Below are positions 10,276 through 19,716 of a stretch of 64,000 nt of DNA, in pieces. Position 1 is the first letter of the stretch, and every line of letters begins with the position of its first letter. A program made the position numbers and the translations under genes. The notes beneath the pieces are model-generated. The model had not been told where the DNA came from. It saw only the letters and a list, made by a program, of their open reading frames with translations, and made no database searches. The stretch comes from an uncultured Sandaracinaceae bacterium (GTDB taxonomy: Bacteria > Myxococcota_A > Polyangia > Polyangiales > Houyiibacteriaceae): positions 28,436 to 92,435 of the forward strand of contig CAZBWQ010000002.1 in the NCBI GenBank assembly GCA_964495565.1, written 5' to 3'.

Positions 10276-12105
10276 ATGACGAGTGAAGAAGATCTGATTC
10301 GCGACGACATCGAAGCTTATCTCGCGAGCTATCAGGAAAAAGAGCTGCTTCGGTTCGTGTCGGTGGGCTCGGTGGACGACGGCAAGTCGACCCTGATAGG
10401 CCGCATTCTCTACGACACCGGCATGGTCTTCGAGGATCAAATGGCTGCCGTCCGTGCGGCGTCGAAGTCCGACAAGCCAGACTTGGCGCTGTTGACCGAC
10501 GGGTTGAAGGCCGAGCGCGAGCAGGGAATCACCATCGACGTCGCCTACCGCTACTTCACGACGGCCAAGCGCAAGTTCATCATCGCGGATACGCCGGGAC
10601 ACATCCAGTACACCCGCAACATGGTCACCGGTGCTTCGACCGCGGACGTCGCGCTGATCCTCATCGATGCCCGTCACGGGGTCCTCCAGCAGTCGAGGCG
10701 CCACGCGTACATCGCGTCGCTGCTGGGCATTCCCCATCTCGCGGTGTGCGTGAACAAGATGGACCTCCGCGATTACTCGCAACGCGTGTACGACGAGATC
10801 TGCGCGGACTTCATGGAGTTCGGCAAGACGTTGCGCTTCAAAGACATTCAGTTCTTCCCGGTGAGCGCTCTGGTCGGAGACAACGTGGTGAGCGACAGCG
10901 AGAACACGCCCTGGTACGAAGGGCCCAACGTTCTCGAATACCTCGAGACGGTTCCAATCTTGGAGGACCGGAACTTCGAAAACTTTCGATACCCGGTCCA
11001 GTACGTGATCCGTCCCAATCTCGACTATCGGGGTTTTGCCGGAGAGGTCGCTTCGGGTGTGATCTCCAAGGGCGACGAGATCGTGGCGCTTCCCTCCGGA
11101 AGGAGCTCGACCATCAAGGCGATCGACACGTACGACGGCGAATTGGACCAAGCTTTTGCCGGTCAATCCGTGACGATTCGGCTCGCCGACGAGATCGACA
11201 TCAGCCGTGGCGACATGATCGTCAAACCGAACGACCTGCCTCGCGTGACGCGTCGATTCGATGCGCACATCGTCTGGATGCACGAGAAGCCGCTCGACAC
11301 CGAGAAGGCGTATCTGGTGAAACACACCACGCAGACGGTGCGGGCCCAAATCGACAAGATCTACCACGAAATCGACATGGACACGCTGGCCGAGAAGCCC
11401 TGCGATGGCTTGCGGCTCAACGACATTGCGAAGGTGAGACTGAGCTGTCACCGGGCGCTGTACGTCGATGATTATCAGCGCAACCGCGAGACGGGTGCGT
11501 TCATCGTCATCGACTCACTCACCAACAACACGGTCGGTGCTGGCATGATCGCGCTCGCATCGGGCGATCAGAATCTCGCAGACGTGATGCGAGAGCTTCA
11601 TGCCGAGTCGGCGATGGAGCCCAAGACCTTCGTCAGCCCGAGCGAGCGCATGGAGCGGTTCGGGCAGCGCGGTGCCACGGTGTGGCTCACGGGATTGCCC
11701 GGCTCCGGACGTTGGACCCTGGCCTACGCCCTCGAGCGCAAGCTGTTCGACTTGGGCCGGACCGCCACGGTCGTGAGCCCGGTCGGCGAAGATCTTCGCT
11801 CGATGATCTCGGCCGCGAAAGCAGTCACCGACGCGGGCTTGATCAACATCTGCGCCTTTCCGAGCCCGACCCACAACGATCGGGAGCTGCTCGTCGACCG
11901 CATCGGCAAGGACAACGTCGTGCAAGTATACGTAAATACGGATGAATCGCTTTGTCGAGAGCGCCGGCCCGACGCGGACTTTTCGAGCTTCGAGCCGCCG
12001 GACAATCCCGACATCGTCGTGGCTCTCGACGAGATCCGAATCGACAAAGCCGTCCAAATCATTCTCGACGCCCTCGAAAAGCGCGGACAGTTCGAGCCGG
12101 CGTAG
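10276..12105 (+). CDS. cysN: Sulfate adenylyltransferase subunit 1 (GTPase) fused to a degenerate APS-kinase-like domain
   Basis: GSVDDGKST, EREQGITIDVAY, DTPGH, NKMD; C-terminal domain begins like CysC (TVWLTGLPGSG) but lacks its catalytic motifs. Confidence 0.93.
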   Translation: MTSEEDLIRDDIEAYLASYQEKELLRFVSVGSVDDGKSTLIGRILYDTGMVFEDQMAAVRAASKSDKPDLALLTDGLKAEREQGITIDVAYRYFTTAKRKFIIADTPGHIQYTRNMVTGASTADVALILIDARHGVLQQSRRHAYIASLLGIPHLAVCVNKMDLRDYSQRVYDEICADFMEFGKTLRFKDIQFFPVSALVGDNVVSDSENTPWYEGPNVLEYLETVPILEDRNFENFRYPVQYVIRPNLDYRGFAGEVASGVISKGDEIVALPSGRSSTIKAIDTYDGELDQAFAGQSVTIRLADEIDISRGDMIVKPNDLPRVTRRFDAHIVWMHEKPLDTEKAYLVKHTTQTVRAQIDKIYHEIDMDTLAEKPCDGLRLNDIAKVRLSCHRALYVDDYQRNRETGAFIVIDSLTNNTVGAGMIALASGDQNLADVMRELHAESAMEPKTFVSPSERMERFGQRGATVWLTGLPGSGRWTLAYALERKLFDLGRTATVVSPVGEDLRSMISAAKAVTDAGLINICAFPSPTHNDRELLVDRIGKDNVVQVYVNTDESLCRERRPDADFSSFEPPDNPDIVVALDEIRIDKAVQIILDALEKRGQFEPA

Positions 12106-12130
12106 GGACTCGGGTGACGACGGTGCCGTC

Positions 12131-13003
12131 GTGATTGTCGAGCTCCTGAGCGTCGTCGCGCCGGTATTCCTCATCGCGATGGTAGGCCTGTTGTGGGCTC
12201 GTCTAGGCGCACACTTCGACGAGGTATCGATCTCTCGCTTGGTGCTGAACGTGGGCATCCCCTGCCTCTTGTTCCGCAGCCTCACGACGATCGACGTGCC
12301 CCCGGCCGCCCTCGCGCGGATGGCCGGTCTGGCCGCCGCAGCCATGAGCATGTTCGCATTCTTCGGTTGGATCGTTCTCCGTACGATGCGACTCCCCGCA
12401 CACACCTTTCTCGGTCCACTGATGTTCACGAACTCGGGCAATCTGGGTCTCCCGATCTGCCTGTTCGCGTTCGGCGAGCCTGGGCTCGCCCTCGGGATGG
12501 CGTACTTCGCCGTGTCGTCGACCTGCCATGTCGTGCTCGGGGGACCCTTGTTTTCCGGAACGTTCAGTCTGCAACCGCTGTTCCGCTCACCGTTGACCTG
12601 GGCGGTCGTCATCACCGTCATGGTGGTGGCGCTGGGGCTCGATGTTCCCACCTGGATCGCGCGAACCACGACGCTCTTGGGCGACATCGCGATTCCTCTG
12701 ATGCTGCTGACCCTCGGTGTGTCGTTGTCCCGGATGCATCCGGAGGCGTTGGGCAGAACGGTGGTGCTGTCGTTCGTGCGACTCGGGCTCGGCGTCGCAA
12801 GCGGGCTGCTGTTGACCTCTGCGCTCGGTGTGCAGGGTTTGACGCGCAAAGTTCTCGTGCTGCAGGCTTCGATGCCGGTGGGAGTCTTGAATTACCTGTT
12901 CGCCCACCGATACGCGCGAAGCCCGGAGCAGGTGGCCAGCCTGGTCCTGGTCAGCACGCTGCTGTCGGTCGTCACGATCCCGATCTTGCTCGTTTGGCTC
13001 TGA
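12131..13003 (+). CDS. AEC (auxin efflux carrier)-family transporter
   Basis: GTG start at 12131; about 10 hydrophobic segments; NSGNLGLP and QASMPVG motifs. Confidence 0.85.
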   Translation: MIVELLSVVAPVFLIAMVGLLWARLGAHFDEVSISRLVLNVGIPCLLFRSLTTIDVPPAALARMAGLAAAAMSMFAFFGWIVLRTMRLPAHTFLGPLMFTNSGNLGLPICLFAFGEPGLALGMAYFAVSSTCHVVLGGPLFSGTFSLQPLFRSPLTWAVVITVMVVALGLDVPTWIARTTTLLGDIAIPLMLLTLGVSLSRMHPEALGRTVVLSFVRLGLGVASGLLLTSALGVQGLTRKVLVLQASMPVGVLNYLFAHRYARSPEQVASLVLVSTLLSVVTIPILLVWL

Positions 13004-13021
13004 GCCATTTCACCGGGGCGC

Positions 13022-13579
13022 TCAGAGCTGGTCGAGTGGAAGCTCACACTCGTCGCGGAGCCGGCACCCGCTGCACTCGCTGCCCTGCCAGATCCGGTCG
13101 AAGCGCTCCTGAACGGCATCGATCATCTGCTCGTCGGCCGTCACGATGCCGATCTCGAAGTTCCGACGTCCTTCGCCCTTGGCCCCGAGGCCCGCTCCCG
13201 TCCAGTTGGCGCTTCCGAGATACAGCAACCTCGCGTCGACCACGACCGTTTTCAAGTGCACCCTAGGACACCTTCGGAGCTCGATGCCGCCACCGACCAG
13301 CTCGGGATGCGCATCGAAGCTTCGACGGAAAGCACGCGAAGGCATCGATGCATGGAGCACGCGGATCTCCAGCCCTTGGCGCGCGAGCTCGGCGAAGACG
13401 CGAAGCACCGATCTGTATCGGGAACGCCGCGTCCCGAGCACCCGAGGTCCTTCCACCATCACGTCTTTCAGGTTGGCCGTGGCGATCCAGATGCTGTGCT
13501 TGGCGTCGAGCACGGCTTCCATGACACGCTCGTAGTGGTCGCGATCGAACAGCAGCTCCAGGGGAACGGAACGCTCCAT
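13022..13579 (-). CDS. Single-HKD phospholipase D-superfamily protein (Nuc-like) with C-terminal Cys cluster
   Basis: HLKTVVVD...GSANWT...RNFEIG; ends with CSGCRLRDEC. Confidence 0.82.
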   Translation of the reverse strand: MERSVPLELLFDRDHYERVMEAVLDAKHSIWIATANLKDVMVEGPRVLGTRRSRYRSVLRVFAELARQGLEIRVLHASMPSRAFRRSFDAHPELVGGGIELRRCPRVHLKTVVVDARLLYLGSANWTGAGLGAKGEGRRNFEIGIVTADEQMIDAVQERFDRIWQGSECSGCRLRDECELPLDQL

Positions 13580-13626
13580 CCGAGCGAGCTTACGTCACCC
13601 CGCGCATCCCCATCCATTTCGCGGCA

Positions 13627-14964
13627 TCACGCCCGAATGCAGCGCCGTACGACTTTCATGAGGGTTTCGGTGCCCCACGCGAGGCCGTCGACCGGGATTC
13701 GCTCGTCGTGACCATGAAACATGTCCGCGAATCGCATGTGAGGAGGCAACCTGACGGGTGCGAAGCCGTACCACTTGGCTCCGAGCGAGGTGAATGCCTT
13801 CGCGTCGGTGAAGCCCTGCAAGACGAAAGGGACCACCGGCGCGTCGGGCGCGCGCTCGGCCATCACCTCGTGGATCACCGAATACAACGACGACTCCTTG
13901 GGCTCCGTCACCACCGGCGGCAGCGAATGAACGACGTCGATGTCGATGTCGGGCCCGAGCACGTCTCGAAGCTCTCGCATGAAATCGTCTTGGCTCTGCC
14001 CCGGCAGAATTCGTCCGTCGATCTCCGCCTCGGCGCGACCCGGGATCACGTTCACCTTGCTGCCGGCGCGGAGCACGGTGGGCGAGGCGGTGTTGCCGAG
14101 CAGCGCCCGAAAAGCTCGTCGGGCCGAGGGATCGGGGAGCGCGCGGAGCATGGCCGGGCCGAATCGAGGGCTGCCGAGCGCTTTGATCACGGGCCTCATG
14201 GGACCGGGGAGGTGCGATGCGAGCGCGCCGACGAATGCCTGGACGGGCGCCGATGCGTGATGAGGCAGACCCTGTTTGCCCAGCCGGGCGATCGCTTCGG
14301 TGAGTTGGACGACCGCCGAATCCTCGCGAGGCATGGAGCCGTGTCCTGGCTCTCCGGTCGCTCGGGCGCGAACCCAGCAAACGCCCTTTTCCGCGACTTG
14401 GACGGTGAAGAACGTTCTGCCGGCAACCTGGATGTTGAAGCCGCCCCCCTCGCCGATCGCGAACTCGCTCCGCACGAGATCCGCGTGGTTTTCGCAGAGC
14501 CAAAGCGAGCCGTGTCGGCATCCCGCTTCCTCGTCGGCGACCCCCGCGAAAATCAGGTCACGCGCGGGCCGTACGCCTTCTTTGGCGAGCCGCGTGATGA
14601 TCGCGACGGACATCGCCGCCATGTTCTTCATGTCGATCGCGCCTCGACCCCACAAGCAGCCATCGTGGACCTCGCCACAAAAGGGCGGGTGCTTCCAGGC
14701 GGAAGGATCGGCCTCCACGACGTCGAGATGTGCGGTCAGCAGCAGAGGAGGCTCTTCACCCGTCCCGCGGAGCCGGCTCACCACGTTGCCGCGGCCGGGA
14801 GCGCTTTGCAGCAACACCGGCTCGAGGCCTCCCGCACGGAGCTCCTCGGCGAGGAGCTCAGCGGCCGCCAGCTCGTTTCCCGGAGGGTTGGTGGTGTCGA
14901 TCCGAAGAAGCCGTTGGCACAGATCGAACGCATGCTCGACGAGCTCCAGGTCCGCGCGACTCAT
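13627..14964 (-). CDS. M20/M25/M40 metallopeptidase (ArgE/DapE/ACY1-like)
   Basis: AHLDVV, GRGAIDMK, DEEAG, GEGGG, HGHDERI. Confidence 0.9.
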   Translation of the reverse strand: MSRADLELVEHAFDLCQRLLRIDTTNPPGNELAAAELLAEELRAGGLEPVLLQSAPGRGNVVSRLRGTGEEPPLLLTAHLDVVEADPSAWKHPPFCGEVHDGCLWGRGAIDMKNMAAMSVAIITRLAKEGVRPARDLIFAGVADEEAGCRHGSLWLCENHADLVRSEFAIGEGGGFNIQVAGRTFFTVQVAEKGVCWVRARATGEPGHGSMPREDSAVVQLTEAIARLGKQGLPHHASAPVQAFVGALASHLPGPMRPVIKALGSPRFGPAMLRALPDPSARRAFRALLGNTASPTVLRAGSKVNVIPGRAEAEIDGRILPGQSQDDFMRELRDVLGPDIDIDVVHSLPPVVTEPKESSLYSVIHEVMAERAPDAPVVPFVLQGFTDAKAFTSLGAKWYGFAPVRLPPHMRFADMFHGHDERIPVDGLAWGTETLMKVVRRCIRA

Positions 14965-14970
14965 GGCCCG

Positions 14971-15849
14971 TCACTCACCCTTGCCCGAAGCGCTCTTCTT
15001 CTTTCGGCTCTTCTTGGCGCTGCCTCGCTTCTTCGCGGCTGCCTTCTTCGGTGGCTTGAGCTTCCTCTTCTCGGTGGCTCCCGACTCTTCGACACTCGCC
15101 TTGAGAGCTTCGAACAGATCGATGACCTTCGCTTTGGGCGCCTCGGGAGTCGTCGTGATTTCATGGCCCGCGATCTTCTCTTCGACGGCCTGCAGAACGC
15201 GCGCGCGAAACTCGTCTTCGAACTTCTCGGGCTCGAAGCGCTCGACGCTGAGCTGCTCGATCAACTGACGGGCCATGTCGAGCTCGGCGGCCTTGAACGA
15301 GATGTCCTCACCGAGATCCAGCTCGCCGAAGTCGCGAACCTCGTTGGCGTAGAAGAGCTGGTGCATGATGAGCCCCTCCTGGTAGGGCCGAATCAACACG
15401 AGGTGACTCTTGCCGCGAGCGATGTAACGCCCGAGCGCCACTTCGCCGGTATCGCTCATCGCTTTCGACAAGAGCCTGTAAGCCTTCTGCCCGCCCTTGT
15501 CCGGACCCAGGTAGTACGACTTGTCGACATAGACGAAATCGACCGTATCGAGCGGAACGAACTCGATGATGTCGAGGTTGTGCGTCTTCTCTTCTTCGAG
15601 GGCCTTCAGCTCCTCGGGGTCGAAGCGAACGTATTGACCTTTCGCGTACTCGTAGCCCTTCACGAGGTCGGAGCGAGGGACGACCTCCTCGTGGACGGGA
15701 CAGTAGACCTGATACTTGATTCGACTTCCACACTCGTCGTGCAACTGATGGAAGCTGATGCCCTCCGCGCTGGCTGCGGTATAGATCTTGAACGGAATCG
15801 AAACGAGGCCGAAGGACAGAGTGCCGGAGCTGATCGCACGCGCGGGCAT
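14971..15849 (-). CDS. ku: Ku protein (NHEJ)
   Basis: RAISSGTLSFGLVSIP, FHQLHDECGSRIKY, VKGYEY, YYLGPD, basic C-terminal tail. Confidence 0.96.
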   Translation of the reverse strand: MPARAISSGTLSFGLVSIPFKIYTAASAEGISFHQLHDECGSRIKYQVYCPVHEEVVPRSDLVKGYEYAKGQYVRFDPEELKALEEEKTHNLDIIEFVPLDTVDFVYVDKSYYLGPDKGGQKAYRLLSKAMSDTGEVALGRYIARGKSHLVLIRPYQEGLIMHQLFYANEVRDFGELDLGEDISFKAAELDMARQLIEQLSVERFEPEKFEDEFRARVLQAVEEKIAGHEITTTPEAPKAKVIDLFEALKASVEESGATEKRKLKPPKKAAAKKRGSAKKSRKKKSASGKGE

Positions 15850-15887
15850 CGAACCATGATAGATCGCATCTCAGGATTGGCGAAGCG

Positions 15888-18395
15888 TTGAATAAATCCG
15901 AAGACGAACGACTCTCGCGCTACCGAAAAAAGCGCGATCCCGGCAAAACGAAGGAGCCGTTCGACGCTGAACCCGCGCGCAGGAGCGGAGTCACGAAACG
16001 TGGACGTTTCGTCGTGCATCGTCACGAGGCCAGACGCCTTCACTACGATCTGCGCATTCAAGTCGGCGGTGTGCTGGAGAGCTTCGCGGTTCCCAAAGGG
16101 CCGAGCCTGCGCGTCGGCGAAAAACGGCTCGCCATTCGGACGGAGCCCCACCCTCTTCGCTACCTGGGTTTCGAGGGAATCATTCCAGAGGGCAACTACG
16201 GTGCGGGCGCGATGATCGTGTGGGATCGGGGACGCATCTCCTATCTCGAGCATTCCGCCGAAGAAGGCCTGGAAAAAGGCGCGCTTTCGTTCGAGCTTTC
16301 GGGGTTCAAGCTCCGAGGCCGCTTCAGCCTGGTACGCACCTCCGGTGATCGAGGAGGAGACGAGGAGCAATGGCTGCTGATCAAACGCGATGACGCCTTT
16401 GCGGAAGATCGAGACGTGCTCGAGACAAGCCCGCGGAGCGTGTTGTCGGGGCTGACCGTCTCCGAGCTTCAGAACGCGAAGGACATTCATTCGGCAGCGG
16501 TCGAGCAGGCACGAGCATGGGGCGCACCGAAGAGCGAGATGCGCGCGAGCCGTTTGACGCCGATGCTTTGCTCTACGTACGACGCGCCGGTCGATCGGGC
16601 TGGTTGGCTCTACGAGCTGAAGCTCGACGGCGTCCGCATCTTGGCGGAGCGCAAGGGCGACGAAGCGCGTCTCTTCTATCGCACGCATCGCTCCGCGACG
16701 TCCGCCTTTCCAGAGGTCGTGGAAGCTCTGCGCGCTTTGTTGACCGACGACGTGATCCTGGACGGGGAGATCATCGCGTTCGACGAGAAAGGCCTTCCTT
16801 CATTCCAGAAGCTGGCGAGCCGCCTGCACGTGCGCCGTCCCGCCGACGTACGTTTCCTCCGGGATGCAGTGCCCGCGATCTTCGTCGTGTTCGACGTGCT
16901 GCAGCTCGGCGGCCGCGACTCGAGGTCCCTGCCCCTGCACCAGCGAAAGGCATTGCTCGAGAGGGTGCTGCCTGGGCAGGTCGGTGTGATCCGCAGGCTG
17001 GACCATTTCGAAGATGACGGTCGACGCCTGCTCGCCTTTTGCGAGGAACATGGGCTGGAAGGGCTCGTGGCCAAACGCACCGATTCGCTCTATCGCGTCG
17101 GCCCCCAGCGCACGCGAGATTGGGTCAAGATCAAGCGTGTGCGTGAGGACGACTTCGTCGTACGAGGCTACACCGCTGGAAAAGGCAGTCGAAAGCGTCT
17201 GGGCGCGTTGGAGCTCGGGACCTATCGGGACGGCGAGCTTCAGCCGTGCGGAAAGGTGGGAAGCGGGCTGTCGGATGCCGAGATCGACCGCTTGTTGCCG
17301 AAGCTCGAAGCCGACGAGCCCATCGTGGTGCGCGTTCGTTACGCGGGTTGGACCGACGAGGGAAACCTCCGGCATCCGGTGTACGTGGGAATTCGTACCG
17401 ACGTGTCTCCGCAAGACGTGGTGCTCGCACCGAAGTTGGAAGACGCCACCATGATCGGCCACGCGGACGATGCGCGCGCCGATCGAATCGTGGGCAAGGC
17501 ACGGCTCACGAATCAGGACAAGGTATTTTGGCCGGCCGACGGGATCACCAAGGGCGATCTCTGCGATTACTACGAAGCCATCGCCCCCGTTCTCCTTCCC
17601 CACCTTCGGGATCGACCCGTCACGCTGGTGCGCTACCCCGACGGGATCGAGGGCAAGAGCTTTCATCAATGGCGCATTCCCGATTCGGCTCCCTCTTGGG
17701 TTCAGTCGCTTCGCCTTCGGTCGCCAGAGCTCGACGGCAAGGAGGTCAGCACGATCCTGATCAACGATCTGTCGTCACTGATGTACGTCGCCAATCTCGG
17801 GTGCATTCCGCTGCACGTCATCGCGGCTCGCGCCGCCTCGCTGGATACTTGCGACTTCTTGACCCTCGATCTCGACGTCGAGCTGGCGAGCTTGGAAGCG
17901 GCCATTCCGATCGCGCTGACCTTGCGGGACTTGCTCACGCAGATCCAGCTTCCGAGCTTCCCGAAGACGTCCGGCAAGAATGGACTGCACGTGCTCGTAC
18001 CATTGGGCGAAGGGCTCCCGTTCGACTTGGCCAAGCAGCTGCTCGAGCTCATCGGGACGATCGCGCTTCGACGCCACCCGCAGGATGCGACCATGGAGCG
18101 ACGAAAAGACGCGCGCGGATCACGCGTGCTCATCGACGTGGGGCAAACCGGTCCTCTTCGGACCATCGCAGCCCCCTACTCGGCTCGTGCCGTTCCGGGG
18201 GCTCAAGTGTCGACCCCGCTGTCGTGGGACGAGGTAGGCCTCGGGCTCGACCCGTCGGCCTTCGACCTCTTCACGGTGCCCGATCGGGTACAGACTCTCG
18301 GCGATCCCATGGCAGACGCGTTTTCGGGCACGCTCGACCTGGACGAGACGATGCGCCGGCTGGGCGAGCTCATCGAGTCGGACGACGCAACTTGA
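15888..18395 (+). CDS. ligD: DNA ligase D (phosphoesterase - ligase - polymerase)
   Basis: PE: HEARRLHYDLR, FAVPKGPS; LIG: YELKLDGVRI, EGLVAKR, WVKIK; POL: TNQDKVFWP, TLDLD, KTSGKNGLHV. TTG start uncertain. Confidence 0.94.
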   Translation: MNKSEDERLSRYRKKRDPGKTKEPFDAEPARRSGVTKRGRFVVHRHEARRLHYDLRIQVGGVLESFAVPKGPSLRVGEKRLAIRTEPHPLRYLGFEGIIPEGNYGAGAMIVWDRGRISYLEHSAEEGLEKGALSFELSGFKLRGRFSLVRTSGDRGGDEEQWLLIKRDDAFAEDRDVLETSPRSVLSGLTVSELQNAKDIHSAAVEQARAWGAPKSEMRASRLTPMLCSTYDAPVDRAGWLYELKLDGVRILAERKGDEARLFYRTHRSATSAFPEVVEALRALLTDDVILDGEIIAFDEKGLPSFQKLASRLHVRRPADVRFLRDAVPAIFVVFDVLQLGGRDSRSLPLHQRKALLERVLPGQVGVIRRLDHFEDDGRRLLAFCEEHGLEGLVAKRTDSLYRVGPQRTRDWVKIKRVREDDFVVRGYTAGKGSRKRLGALELGTYRDGELQPCGKVGSGLSDAEIDRLLPKLEADEPIVVRVRYAGWTDEGNLRHPVYVGIRTDVSPQDVVLAPKLEDATMIGHADDARADRIVGKARLTNQDKVFWPADGITKGDLCDYYEAIAPVLLPHLRDRPVTLVRYPDGIEGKSFHQWRIPDSAPSWVQSLRLRSPELDGKEVSTILINDLSSLMYVANLGCIPLHVIAARAASLDTCDFLTLDLDVELASLEAAIPIALTLRDLLTQIQLPSFPKTSGKNGLHVLVPLGEGLPFDLAKQLLELIGTIALRRHPQDATMERRKDARGSRVLIDVGQTGPLRTIAAPYSARAVPGAQVSTPLSWDEVGLGLDPSAFDLFTVPDRVQTLGDPMADAFSGTLDLDETMRRLGELIESDDAT

Positions 18396-18430
18396 TCCGC
18401 GCCGCACATTGGCTCACTTTCTTCGGTCTG

Positions 18431-18805
18431 ATGAGCCTCTTCGAGCAACTCGGTGGAGAGCCCGCGCTTCGCGCCGTCGTCGATGACTTCGTCGACCGTT
18501 GCTTTGCCGACACGATGATTGGCTTCATGTTCGCGCGAGCCGACCGGGATCGAATCAAGCGCTTCGAGTACGAGCACGCCGCACAGCACCTCGGAGCACC
18601 TGTCGAGTACGGCGGACGTCCGCTCGACCAGGCACATCGCCCACATCGAATTTTCGGTGGCCAGTTTGCGCGTCGACGGCAGATCTTGATCGAGACCTTG
18701 CGGGACCACGATGCGCCGCAGGAAGTCATCGAGGCGTGGGTAGGCCATCAAGACTCCCTGCGCCACTTGATCACCCGCGATCGAGACTCGAGCTGTCGAG
18801 GCTGA
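18431..18805 (+). CDS. Group I truncated (2/2) haemoglobin, atypical distal pocket
   Basis: MSLFEQLGGEPALRAVVDDF, YGGRPLDQAH (proximal His); hidden inside a longer spurious ORF in the track. Confidence 0.85.
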   Translation: MSLFEQLGGEPALRAVVDDFVDRCFADTMIGFMFARADRDRIKRFEYEHAAQHLGAPVEYGGRPLDQAHRPHRIFGGQFARRRQILIETLRDHDAPQEVIEAWVGHQDSLRHLITRDRDSSCRG

Positions 18806-18807
18806 CC

Positions 18808-19716
18808 GTGACCGTGACGCGACAAGGCCTCGTGGTTCGCTCGACCGCTGGGTTCGTGGACGTCCTGATCGATGGCGAGATCGTGCAAGCTCGCATCCGA
18901 GGGCGATTGAAGAATGCCCCTCTCGGCGCCGAGATCTGCGTCATCGGCGATCAGGTCTTGGTTGCCCAGCCCGATGCACGAAGCGCCGTGGTGGTCGAGG
19001 TGTTGTCCCGCAAGAGTCGGTTCTCTCGGCGGCAACCCGGTCGCGGACCGCTGCGCGAGGACGTCCTGGTCGCGAACTTGGACCAGTTGCTGGTCACCTT
19101 CAGCCACCGCCAACCTCCGATCAACCTTCGTCTTCTCGATCGCTTCCTGGTCATGGCCGAGCATCAGGCCGTCGTCCCGCAAATCGTCGTGAACAAATGC
19201 GACCTCGCGCGAGCCGGCGATCTCGAATGGCAACGCACGTACACGTCGATCGGCTACACCGTCTTGAACGTCAGCGCCGAAACGAAAGAGGGACTGAGCG
19301 CCTTGAAGGACGCGCTTCGCGACAAGATTTCGGCTTTCGTAGGCCCTTCCGGCGTCGGCAAGAGCAGCCTGATCAACCAAATTCTGCCTGATCTCGACCT
19401 GGGGACCGCGGAGATCAGCGCCCACCACGGCAAAGGGCGACACACCACGCGAGTGGCTTCGTTGCACCCGCTGCCCGAGGGGGGATTTTTGGCGGACACG
19501 CCCGGGATTCGCGAGCTCGGCACCTGGCAGCTGCCAGCCCGGGACTTGGATCGATGCTTCCCCGAGCTCGTGCCTCACCTCGGGCTTTGCGCGTTTCGAA
19601 GCTGCAGCCACACCCATGAACCTGGATGCGCGGTGGTCGAAGCCGTCGAATCCGGTCGCATCGACCCGGGGCGCTACGAGAGCTACCTGCGTCTCCGAGA
19701 CGAGGCAGGAGCCTAG
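18808..19716 (+). CDS. rsgA: Ribosome small subunit-dependent GTPase A
   Basis: NKCD, GPSGVGKSSL, GRHTTR, DTPGIRE, C-terminal CAFRSCSHTHEPGCAV zinc motif. Confidence 0.95.
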   Translation: MTVTRQGLVVRSTAGFVDVLIDGEIVQARIRGRLKNAPLGAEICVIGDQVLVAQPDARSAVVVEVLSRKSRFSRRQPGRGPLREDVLVANLDQLLVTFSHRQPPINLRLLDRFLVMAEHQAVVPQIVVNKCDLARAGDLEWQRTYTSIGYTVLNVSAETKEGLSALKDALRDKISAFVGPSGVGKSSLINQILPDLDLGTAEISAHHGKGRHTTRVASLHPLPEGGFLADTPGIRELGTWQLPARDLDRCFPELVPHLGLCAFRSCSHTHEPGCAVVEAVESGRIDPGRYESYLRLRDEAGA

